Shown: positions 39,934-47,810 of the stretch, piece by piece
Numbering within the stretch: the stretch's first letter is position 1
Layout of the letters: the number at the start of each line of letters is the position of its first letter
From: a virus
Taxonomy: Duplodnaviria; Caudoviricetes
DNA length: 64,000 bases
IMG/VR virus record: IMGVR_UViG_3300025429_000009
Span: 1-64,000 of that record
Strand: one strand, 5' to 3'
Made by a program: the position numbers and the translations under genes
Notes under the pieces: model-generated
What the model saw: only the letters and a program-made list of their open reading frames with translations
Databases searched by the model: none
Told to the model about the DNA's origin: nothing

Positions 39934-41787
39934 ATGGCTATGGACAACGGTGTATACGTACAGAAGAGCGAGCTTTTAAACGGCGTGCTCCGTTACAGTT
40001 CGCTTGACGGAAGCATTAGCAGGTCAAACCTACTCGACGCTTATGGTACTTTGCGCAATCGCGACAGAATACATGAGTTTCAGCGGTATGTAAAAGACTG
40101 TGATTACCAATTTGTCTTTGAAGATGAAGAGGCAGAGCGCCTGCACAACGAACTGCTTCAATGCAGCGCAGAACCCTACGAGGTAAATAGCCCCTTCTTG
40201 ACTGATCACCAGCTCTTTCCCTTCCAGCACGTTGGATTGAACTACGTGTGGAAACAGATGCACTCAGACAACCCAAGAGTGTTGGTACAGTGGGACACCG
40301 GAGCTGGCAAGACGCTGCTTAGCTGCATGACTAGCCAGAAGCTCTTTGACAATGGCGACATCGACATCGTTCTGGTGTTCTGTAAAAAGATCAAACAATA
40401 CGACTGGGAACAAGAGTTCCGTAGGATGACCTACCTTGATGTAGATCGTGTCAAAGAGAACATGACACGTGCCAAGCGTCACGCATTCTACAAGCAGACC
40501 AAGGCTCAAGTCCTGGTCATGAACTATGAGAAGGTACGTGATGGCAACAAAGTACCGAGAAAAAAACAACGTTCCTATGACCGCACTGATCTTCTCCAAG
40601 TGCTAGAATTGGTTAAAAACAAAAAAGTACTAATCATCATCGATGAAGCACAGAAGATCAACAGCGGTGTAAGCCTTCTTGGTGAAGGTTTCTTTCAGCT
40701 AATAAACAATCCAGATTCACAGACAAAAGCATTAGCATTAACCGCTACTCCATATACAACTAGCCCAATCAATATCCGTAACATCTTCTCAGTTATAGAA
40801 CCAGAATTACCTGGTGTAAGCGACATGGATAGAGACATGTTCAAGAGAATGTACGGCAAAGAGTTCGGTTATTACAACGCTGGTTATTCACAAGAGCTTT
40901 ATGTAAAAGAGTGGGATAGGGGTAAACTTCCACTGCTTGGCAAAAAACATGAGAACTGGACTCATATTGCTATGAAGAGTGACCCAATCATCGCTGCTCA
41001 GTTCCCAGAGAGTATGCCAAAAAAAATTGTGTTTGAGCTTTCTGACATTGACCGTGCTATTTACGATTGGGCAGAAGAGCAAGCTCAAATGAACTACAAC
41101 CCAGACAACCAAGTGCTCAACTGGTCATATATTGACACGTTACGAATGCTGTGTAACACCTCTGAGGGGCTAAAGAACAGTGAAAGTAAGTTCGCACGTG
41201 AGATTGTTGATCAATTTGGCGATGATATCAGCATCAAAAACAGTGCCAAGTACCAGCTAATTGAGAGCAACCTCGAGGTGTACGCCGAAAGCGGCGATAA
41301 GGTTGTTCTGTTCACGTACTGGACCAATGGCACGCTGTTCCCATACTACGAAGCGTTGAAGGAAAAGTTTGGTGCTGACTTCCCCGTGCTCCCCATCTGG
41401 GGAGTTGGTATGGATAGTGATACAGTTACAAAGAACATCAGCACGTTCAACTCGACTAAGAGCCCTGCTATCCTTATCACATCAGACGTGGGTCAAGAGG
41501 GCCTAAACCTCTATGCACCCTACCTTTGGAACATTGAAGTACCTAGGACATATGCTGCATACAAGCAGCGTGCTAACCGCATCAACCGAGCAGACTCAAA
41601 ATCAAAGGGTATCTCACACACCTGGATCTACAGAACTGTTGCGAGCAACACCATCGAAGAGCGAGTTGATGCTAAGGTGCTTAGAAGACGAGACGAAGCG
41701 GAAGCAATCCGTGGAGTAGTTGACGAGCACGTAGACATGTATGATACGATCGATATGACCCCACGAGGGTTCCTATTCTATAAGTAA
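39934..41787 (+). CDS. SNF2-family (SF2) helicase
   Basis: LFPFQ, DTGAGKT, IIDEAQ, LTATP, SDVGQEGLNL, QRANRINR. Confidence 0.9.
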   Translation: MAMDNGVYVQKSELLNGVLRYSSLDGSISRSNLLDAYGTLRNRDRIHEFQRYVKDCDYQFVFEDEEAERLHNELLQCSAEPYEVNSPFLTDHQLFPFQHVGLNYVWKQMHSDNPRVLVQWDTGAGKTLLSCMTSQKLFDNGDIDIVLVFCKKIKQYDWEQEFRRMTYLDVDRVKENMTRAKRHAFYKQTKAQVLVMNYEKVRDGNKVPRKKQRSYDRTDLLQVLELVKNKKVLIIIDEAQKINSGVSLLGEGFFQLINNPDSQTKALALTATPYTTSPINIRNIFSVIEPELPGVSDMDRDMFKRMYGKEFGYYNAGYSQELYVKEWDRGKLPLLGKKHENWTHIAMKSDPIIAAQFPESMPKKIVFELSDIDRAIYDWAEEQAQMNYNPDNQVLNWSYIDTLRMLCNTSEGLKNSESKFAREIVDQFGDDISIKNSAKYQLIESNLEVYAESGDKVVLFTYWTNGTLFPYYEALKEKFGADFPVLPIWGVGMDSDTVTKNISTFNSTKSPAILITSDVGQEGLNLYAPYLWNIEVPRTYAAYKQRANRINRADSKSKGISHTWIYRTVASNTIEERVDAKVLRRRDEAEAIRGVVDEHVDMYDTIDMTPRGFLFYK

Positions 41788-41843
41788 AGGAGGTATCTAT
41801 GGACCCAACCAAAGCGCATTTATAACCTTAGGATTGGAGAATC

Positions 41844-42170
41844 ATGATAAAGAAAGCGATAACATCGTTAGTAGTATTTGCAAGTTTGTTTTTAACTGCC
41901 CACACAGCCTCAGCTACCACTAAGATTGTTCTTAGTGCAGCTACAATTGCCGAATGGCAGCGAGTAGCTATTTGCGAAGAGGGTGGGAATTGGAAGCATT
42001 TTAGTTATTGGTACCCAAATGCTCTGGGGATTGATAGACCAAACTGGATTCAGTTCGGGGGTAGCGTTACGAAAGTTAGCAGCAAGATTACACAAATTCT
42101 TGTAGCTGAACGGTTCATAAAGCACTATGCTATGAGCGTACCGGATCAATACGGTTGCCACGCATGGTAG
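41844..42170 (+). CDS. rpf: Secreted resuscitation-promoting-factor-like lytic transglycosylase
   Basis: Signal peptide (MIKK-hydrophobic-ASA); WQRVAICEEGGNW with catalytic Glu, NW..FGG, QILVAER. Confidence 0.75.
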   Translation: MIKKAITSLVVFASLFLTAHTASATTKIVLSAATIAEWQRVAICEEGGNWKHFSYWYPNALGIDRPNWIQFGGSVTKVSSKITQILVAERFIKHYAMSVPDQYGCHAW

Positions 42171-42183
42171 AAAGAAGATAAAA

Positions 42184-42399
42184 ATGGCTATTAATAAGTA
42201 CGACCAGATCCACAGAGATATTATGGACCTGCTCCTAGGCGGAGAGATCCACAGTACACTGGTCGGCAAGCAAGTTACACTCGGCGGCTCTGAGGAAAGC
42301 ACTACAAAGCAATCTGAAGAATTTGCAGAATACATTGTAAACCTGCTAAAAAAAGCAGAACAGTTTCGAAAGGACAATGTAAAAAAGAGCAGAAAGTAG
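42184..42399 (+). CDS. Hypothetical protein
   Basis: ORF with GAAAG SD. Confidence 0.55.
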   Translation: MAINKYDQIHRDIMDLLLGGEIHSTLVGKQVTLGGSEESTTKQSEEFAEYIVNLLKKAEQFRKDNVKKSRK

Positions 42400-42405
42400 C
42401 TTTAG

Positions 42406-42509
42406 ACAGTGAAGAGGGCTGAACTCTATCGCCCCTTCCTGTAGGGCCTGGTCTTCCTCGGGGGTCGTAGTCGGCGTCAATGCCTTGACTCCCCCCGAGG
42501 CCCTACCAG
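42406..42509 (+). ncRNA. Candidate structured RNA (two hairpins) upstream of whiB
   Basis: GAAG-A-GGGC/GCCC-CTTC hairpin, then GTAGGG..CCTCGGGGG..AGTC-GGCG-TCAA-TGCC..GACT..CCCCCGAGG-CCCTAC. Confidence 0.45.
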
Positions 42510-42528
42510 ATCTGCTAACATAAATATT

Positions 42529-42927
42529 ATGGGAAGATCCTTAAATCTACAATGGCAAGATGAAGCTGCATGCAAAAGCATGTCCATCGAAAACTACGAT
42601 GACTTTTATCCAGATAGGGGTAGGTCAGCAGAGAAGCAGCTCAATGGCATATGCAGCTCATGCCCAGTAAAAGATGATTGCTTAAACCACGCATTGAGCT
42701 ATGAAAAATATGGCTATTGGGGTGGCACCAACGCTAAGCAACGTGATAAGATGCGCAAACAACTAGGCATAGAGTTGCTTGATATTGATTACGAATTCAT
42801 CATGAAATACGCTGAAGAAAAAGCTAGAATTGAAGAAGCTATTCAGGCTAACAAAATGAAGCGTGGCCCTAAGGGTCCTAGAAAGAAGAAGGAAGTATGC
42901 GAATCGGACTTGTTGTCCCAGTTTTAA
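42529..42927 (+). CDS. whiB: WhiB-family Fe-S transcription factor with a basic C-terminal tail
   Basis: WQDEAAC..ICSSCPVKDDC..GYWGG; KRGPKGPRKKK tail. Confidence 0.92.
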   Translation: MGRSLNLQWQDEAACKSMSIENYDDFYPDRGRSAEKQLNGICSSCPVKDDCLNHALSYEKYGYWGGTNAKQRDKMRKQLGIELLDIDYEFIMKYAEEKARIEEAIQANKMKRGPKGPRKKKEVCESDLLSQF

Positions 42928-43586
42928 ATAACTTTGATCAAGCTATCGACTTGATCTACTCAGCCAAGAGCAAGAATGATCTTAAGATCTACATCCGCCC
43001 TCAGTATCGCTACCAGGTTCCATTGGCAGCAGCTTGGAACAAGGGCATACGTGAAGCTATTGCGGATGGATGTGATGTAATCATTGTAAGCAATGATGAT
43101 GCTATCTTTGCGCCTAACACCATTGATCGGTTGGCTGCAGAAACAATGGTTATGCAAGACAAGTTTGTTATGGCATTCCCAGTTGATGTTATGGATGAAT
43201 TAGATGATCCATCAGACATCCTATTCGTAGAAGAAGAAAATTTTTCTGGAAGCAGCAACAAAGAGGACCAGAGCTTCTCTTGCTTTGCTATTCGGTCAAA
43301 CTTCTTTGAATTGTGCGGTACGTTCGATGAGAACTTTGACCCTGCATGGTGGGAAGATGCTGACATGAAGTATCGCATCAAGCTACTAGGCTACACGACT
43401 CTTCAGACAAATGTGCCTTATGTACATCTCCGCCACCAGTCAACAAAGAAATTAACTTTGCCTTTGAACTCTATCAAAGCTGGAGAATATTACGTAAGAA
43501 AATGGGGAAGTGCTAAGAAAGACTTGCACGAACTATATAGAACCCCATATAATGATATTGAATTAAGTCCTAAAGACTGGAGATAG
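42897..43586 (+). CDS. Glycosyltransferase family 2 (GT-A)
   Basis: VVPVLN, AAAWNKG, SNDD, GTFDENF..WWEDAD. Confidence 0.85.
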   Translation: MRIGLVVPVLNNFDQAIDLIYSAKSKNDLKIYIRPQYRYQVPLAAAWNKGIREAIADGCDVIIVSNDDAIFAPNTIDRLAAETMVMQDKFVMAFPVDVMDELDDPSDILFVEEENFSGSSNKEDQSFSCFAIRSNFFELCGTFDENFDPAWWEDADMKYRIKLLGYTTLQTNVPYVHLRHQSTKKLTLPLNSIKAGEYYVRKWGSAKKDLHELYRTPYNDIELSPKDWR

Positions 43587-43588
43587 TT

Positions 43589-44857
43589 GTGAGCAAAATT
43601 AGAGTACTGGCATGGGGTGACTACGCATGTGGCACCGGTTTCGGAACGGTGATGAAGAACATCATGTCCGAGATTAATAACACTGGTAGCTATGACATCG
43701 ATGTTGTTGGTGTTAACTATGATGGTGGTCCTTATGACACTGAAAAGTGGCCAGGTAGACTGTGGCCAGCTATTAGTGCATTGCGCACACAAGGACCATA
43801 CGGGGACGTATTCGGTCGACAGGTGTTCTTGGACCTGCTTGCACAGGGTGACTATGACATCGTCTTTATTGTGCAAGACACGTTCATTGTTTTGCCTATT
43901 GTTCCTCAGATTCTTGAGCTGCAACGCAACAAGCCAAACACGTTCTCTACAATTTACTACTACCCATTTGACTGCACACCACGTGAAGAGTGGGTAACAC
44001 AGTGTGTAGCAGCGTTCGACTATCCGGTTGCATACACTGAGTACGCAAAAAACGAAAGCCGTAGATTCATTGGCAACCTTGCTGACAAGCAACATGTAAT
44101 CTACCACGGTACAAACACCAGCGACTTCTACCCAATCAGCAAGGCTGACCAGAAGATTGCTAAGGCAAACATTTTCCCTGCAGTTCAAGATAAGTTTGTT
44201 ATCCTTAACGTGAACCGCAACCAGGGACGTAAGGATATCTCGCGCAGCCTTATGGTTATGCGTCGTTTGCTTGACATGGGTGTGGAAGATGCGTTCCTCT
44301 ACATGCACATGCAGGAGACAGACTTTGGTGGTAGCGTTATCCAGATGGCTAGAACGATTGGCCTTGACCCTGCTAAGCACTATGCTGTGCCAGACCCACG
44401 TCAGTTTGGTGCACACAGTGGTTTCCCAATCGAGTTCCTTAACCAGATCTACAATGCAGCAGACGTTTACCTGACCACAACGCATGGTGAGGGTTGGGGT
44501 CTGAGCATTACCGAAGCAATGGCTACCAAGCTGCCTGTCGTTGCTCCCAACAACACATCAGTGCCTGAGATCCTGGGTGATGACCGTGGTTGGAGAATTA
44601 ACAGTGGACACACGCCTAGTCATTGGATCATCAAGGAAAATGACAACGAGCGTATGCGTCCGTTGATGGATGTTGAAGAGGCTGCTAACACTATCAAGTA
44701 CATCATGGACAACCCTGACGAAGCTGCTCGTCGTGCTGGCAATGCTTACGATTGGATTCAGAAGAATACTTGGGAAGAAATCTGCAAGCAGTGGATCAAT
44801 GTCTTCAACAAGGCAACCAACAAGGCTCGTACGGCTCGCAAGTTTAAGGCACTGTAA
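43589..44857 (+). CDS. Glycosyltransferase family 4 (GT-B)
   Basis: TGFG, HG, NRNQGRKD, YNAADV, GEGWGLSITEAMA. Confidence 0.9.
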   Translation: MSKIRVLAWGDYACGTGFGTVMKNIMSEINNTGSYDIDVVGVNYDGGPYDTEKWPGRLWPAISALRTQGPYGDVFGRQVFLDLLAQGDYDIVFIVQDTFIVLPIVPQILELQRNKPNTFSTIYYYPFDCTPREEWVTQCVAAFDYPVAYTEYAKNESRRFIGNLADKQHVIYHGTNTSDFYPISKADQKIAKANIFPAVQDKFVILNVNRNQGRKDISRSLMVMRRLLDMGVEDAFLYMHMQETDFGGSVIQMARTIGLDPAKHYAVPDPRQFGAHSGFPIEFLNQIYNAADVYLTTTHGEGWGLSITEAMATKLPVVAPNNTSVPEILGDDRGWRINSGHTPSHWIIKENDNERMRPLMDVEEAANTIKYIMDNPDEAARRAGNAYDWIQKNTWEEICKQWINVFNKATNKARTARKFKAL

Positions 44858-45642
44858 TGCCAAAGATAATTAGCATTACTCCGTTCTGGAACGAGGTGCA
44901 CATTCTTGATCTTAGGATTGGCATCCTGGAAGGTGTTGTTGACCACTTCTACACGATAGAAGCTGACAAGACATTTACCTTCCATGATAAGCCGATGCTT
45001 GCCAGAACAGTTGTACACCCCAAGCACACAGTGGTAGAGATCAAGATGCCAGAAGATGTTAGTTTCTGGGGCCGTGACTCAAATTGGGGTCGTGACTACT
45101 ACCAACGTGACTACAAGGTTGACTTGTCATCATATGATGATGATGACATCGTATTGATTACTGACCTTGATGAGGTGCCACGACCAGAGTCTCTCGAGTT
45201 CCTGCGAGACAACTTTGATCCAGAATTTTCTTATGCATTCCTTATGCTCACTCATCAGTACTACCTGAACAACCAGAACATTGGTGAAGGTTACATTGAC
45301 AGAGCTAGAGCATACAGCGTTAAGCAGTATATGGATCCTGAGTTCCACCCATCGTATTCACGTTTTCACACTATTGCTGATATAATTATTCCAGAATCAG
45401 GATGGCACTGGACATACATTGGTGACCCGGAGTGTATTAAGGAAAAAATTGAAGCGTTTGCCCACAGTGAGTTCGACAACGATGAGACGAAGAGTCAGCT
45501 CCAAGAACGTATGGATAATAATCTTGACACGCTTGGTCGATCGTTTGAATTAAGAGTTGCCGAACTTGACACGGATTTCTACCCAAAGTATCTTAGAGAG
45601 AACAAAGATAAGTACGCTAAGTACATTAAGGAGTTACCATGA
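44857..45642 (+). CDS. Glycosyltransferase family 17-like (MGAT3/GnT-III-like)
   Basis: FWNE..LDLR..L..VVDHF..IEA..TF, R..YQR, ITDLDEVP, GWHWTY, KIEAFAH. Confidence 0.8.
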   Translation: MPKIISITPFWNEVHILDLRIGILEGVVDHFYTIEADKTFTFHDKPMLARTVVHPKHTVVEIKMPEDVSFWGRDSNWGRDYYQRDYKVDLSSYDDDDIVLITDLDEVPRPESLEFLRDNFDPEFSYAFLMLTHQYYLNNQNIGEGYIDRARAYSVKQYMDPEFHPSYSRFHTIADIIIPESGWHWTYIGDPECIKEKIEAFAHSEFDNDETKSQLQERMDNNLDTLGRSFELRVAELDTDFYPKYLRENKDKYAKYIKELP

Positions 45643-45821
45643 CATTTGAAGAGTGGCTTGAGTATGGATTTAAGCAGGGCTATTGCAGCGAACAATTCTG
45701 CGACACCCACGACGGTCCACCCATGCATGAGAGCGAAGAACTAGCGTGGGAAGAAGGCAGTGATCCTTGCATGCATATGGTGCGTTTAGGGCAACCATCT
45801 GATTGGGATATCGGAGAATAG
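45639..45821 (+). CDS. Small Cys/His phage protein
   Basis: TFEEWLEYG..C...C.THDG.P..DPC. Confidence 0.65.
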   Translation: MTFEEWLEYGFKQGYCSEQFCDTHDGPPMHESEELAWEEGSDPCMHMVRLGQPSDWDIGE

Positions 45822-45827
45822 CAGTAC

Positions 45828-45899
45828 GCCTCTGTAGCTCAGCGGAAGAGCAGCTGATTTGTAATCAGCAGGTCGGGAGTTCAAGTCTCTCCGGAGGCA
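45828..45899 (+). tRNA. tRNA-Thr(UGU), CCA not encoded
   Basis: GCCTCTG/CGGAGGC acceptor stem, GCTGA-TTTGTAA-TCAGC anticodon arm, TTCAAGT T-loop. Confidence 0.93.
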
Positions 45900-45901
45900 C
45901 T

Positions 45902-46129
45902 ATGAATTTAAAACAAGCAGCAACAATCATGCTAGAGTTGTGTAAGATCCCAGCTGAACCAAAGCTGGTGGCAGCATTCAGCAACTACTCAGCGAATAGT
46001 ATGTGGATCAAGTCTGTTCTTAAGGGAGCAGCACCAGCAGCAAACACTCTCAACAACCCGTACTACGAAGAAGCATTGAACGTGTTGCGTGAGAATGGAA
46101 TTGATGTTAACATCTTTGACACCAACTAA
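45902..46129 (+). CDS. Hypothetical protein
   Basis: ATG directly after the tRNA; GGAGG in the tRNA 3' acceptor strand could act as the SD. Confidence 0.55.
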   Translation: MNLKQAATIMLELCKIPAEPKLVAAFSNYSANSMWIKSVLKGAAPAANTLNNPYYEEALNVLRENGIDVNIFDTN

Positions 46130-46140
46130 AAGGAGTAAGT

Positions 46141-46317
46141 ATGCATCACGAGACCTGGTGGACAATTCTCACTGATCCCAACCACCTCATTGCAGAAGCA
46201 ATAGTAGGGTTTGTGGAAGAACTTCTCGTTCTTGGAATCGGCTATGCTCTTGGTCGCAAGAAACTTTGGCAAAAGATTCACAAGCAGTTCGATGAAGAGC
46301 ACAACATCGAGCACTAG
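46141..46317 (+). CDS. 58-aa membrane protein absent from the ORF track (MHHETWWTILTDPNHLIAE...)
   Basis: AAGGAG SD; one TM segment followed by RKK. Confidence 0.65.
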   Translation: MHHETWWTILTDPNHLIAEAIVGFVEELLVLGIGYALGRKKLWQKIHKQFDEEHNIEH

Positions 46318-46322
46318 GATTG

Positions 46323-46395
46323 GCCCCAGTAGCTCAGTGGACAGAGCAGGTGGTTTCTACCCATCTGGCCGGGGGTTCGAATCCCTCCTGGGGTA
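46323..46395 (+). tRNA. tRNA-Arg(UCU), CCA not encoded
   Basis: GCCCCAG/CTGGGGT acceptor stem, GGTGG-TTTCTAC-CCATC anticodon arm, TTCGAAT T-loop. Confidence 0.92.
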
Positions 46396-46419
46396 CGCAG
46401 TTAACAAGTAAGGAGAAAT

Positions 46420-46821
46420 ATGGGACGTAATAAACTGTACAGTAGCAGTAGCAAATATGACATACCATTTAGAGACAGCACAAGCACAGCTAAGTTAGGC
46501 AAGCAGCTTGTCAAACGCGCTGCATTGTTTACTGCTAGTTATGAAGCTGTAGCTATCAGCAAAGCCATGGAAAAGGTAAGCAAACAAAATAAAATGACAG
46601 AAGAAAATCAAGAAGCTATAGAAAGAAAAAACTTTGAGTTCCTATTGAAGGAGCAAGGGGTGGTATCTATCAAAGAAACTTTGAACTCTTTGTTGGAGTT
46701 ACTAGTCACCAACAGTGTTGCAATTGATGATACACTGATAAACAACGCAACAACAATAATGGGTGCAATGGATTACCTATTACAACTAAAGGAAGAACAC
46801 GAAAATGGAAATCAAGCTTAG
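46420..46821 (+). CDS. Hypothetical protein
   Basis: AAGGAG SD. Confidence 0.6.
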   Translation: MGRNKLYSSSSKYDIPFRDSTSTAKLGKQLVKRAALFTASYEAVAISKAMEKVSKQNKMTEENQEAIERKNFEFLLKEQGVVSIKETLNSLLELLVTNSVAIDDTLINNATTIMGAMDYLLQLKEEHENGNQA

Positions 46822-47113
46822 TGTAAACATTGGGGCAACGCTCCAAGTAAAGAACTCACGAGGTGAGTGGGACTGGATTAAGCCAGAGGTTGGTTGTGAG
46901 ATCAAGCTCGTTGACGGTGAAATTAAGGTAGAATCATTGCCTACGCAATTCGCTGTCATGTGGGATGAAGTCGTAGGACCTCAGTTTGCAGCTGTAGTCC
47001 AAGAGCTCATCAATGAACAGGCTCCAAAGCAGGAAGAAGTCGAAGAGGCTACGACCGAAGAGACTCTGGTTGAAGACGAGAAGCCAAACGTAGACGAGGA
47101 TGACTATTACTAA
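46805..47113 (+). CDS. Hypothetical protein with an acidic tail
   Basis: Coupled ORF. Confidence 0.6.
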   Translation: MEIKLSVNIGATLQVKNSRGEWDWIKPEVGCEIKLVDGEIKVESLPTQFAVMWDEVVGPQFAAVVQELINEQAPKQEEVEEATTEETLVEDEKPNVDEDDYY

Positions 47114-47247
47114 TGGGAGACTTTGACGATTTCGACGCTTTCGTAGAGAAGCACAAAATCAAGGACGACGAGATCGGCGCAGCATTCGCAGCCTGGATGT
47201 CAGGTGCTACTGGTTGGGACGGAAACTTTCAGAAGGTAGAAGAATGA
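47113..47247 (+). CDS. 44-aa protein absent from the ORF track (MGDFDDFDAFVEKH...)
   Basis: TAATG and ATGA overlaps at its two ends. Confidence 0.6.
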   Translation: MGDFDDFDAFVEKHKIKDDEIGAAFAAWMSGATGWDGNFQKVEE

Positions 47248-47795
47248 CAGTCGTCGCTGCAGCTGTTACAAAGAAGCATGGTGTCGCTCTTGTTAGCGAC
47301 TCATCTCTAGAATCTCAAACCAAAGATAATGATGGTTACAGCAAGGTTTGGGTTGACAGCAGCATGAACATGGCTTTTGGTGGTGCTGGTGGTCTGAGAG
47401 AAATCCAGATCATCAAACACCACATGGAGTTGCCATACTATCCACCATATATGGACGTAGAAGTTTTCGTTGTTAAGGAAGTGGTACCACGCATGCGTGA
47501 AGCACTTAACGAACATGGTGCCAAGATGGAAAACTACGAGACTTCGTTCATTATTGCCTGGAAGAACACCCTGGTTACAATTGATGAAAGCTTTGCCGTG
47601 TTTACACCAACCAGTGGCCGGTATGCTATAGGATCAGGACAGAGCGAAGCGTTTGGCAGTCTAGGCAACGAAGGTCCTTGGACCAGAGAAGATGTCATAG
47701 AAGCTGCGCGACGTGCTACAATAACAGCACTGGGTGTTGGTGGTCCGTTGTGGGCAGTCGACACACGCAACCTAACCCCAGAACAAATACAATAA
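47244..47795 (+). CDS. Ntn-hydrolase, HslV/proteasome-beta-like peptidase
   Basis: Starts M-T-V-V (N-terminal Thr nucleophile); SDS, KVW, GGAG, YAIGSG, VGGP. Confidence 0.8.
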   Translation: MTVVAAAVTKKHGVALVSDSSLESQTKDNDGYSKVWVDSSMNMAFGGAGGLREIQIIKHHMELPYYPPYMDVEVFVVKEVVPRMREALNEHGAKMENYETSFIIAWKNTLVTIDESFAVFTPTSGRYAIGSGQSEAFGSLGNEGPWTREDVIEAARRATITALGVGGPLWAVDTRNLTPEQIQ

Positions 47796-47810
47796 CAGTA
47801 AGGATAAATC

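Noticed and set aside
42485-42521. TTGACT as the -35 of the whiB promoter; also TTGACA at 56133 with TACACT at 56159
   Set aside because: Spacers of 25 and 20 bp are too long, so only the extended -10 elements were kept
45803-45901. ORF-track N-terminal extension of gene 45902, and ORF 46211-46411
   Set aside because: These read through tRNA genes; better starts and frames exist
46323-46395. CTA in the anticodon loop, suggesting an amber suppressor or a recoded genome
   Set aside because: The 7-nt loop TTTCTAC centres on TCT (Arg), and TAG ends genes normally (MCP, sheath, tube)
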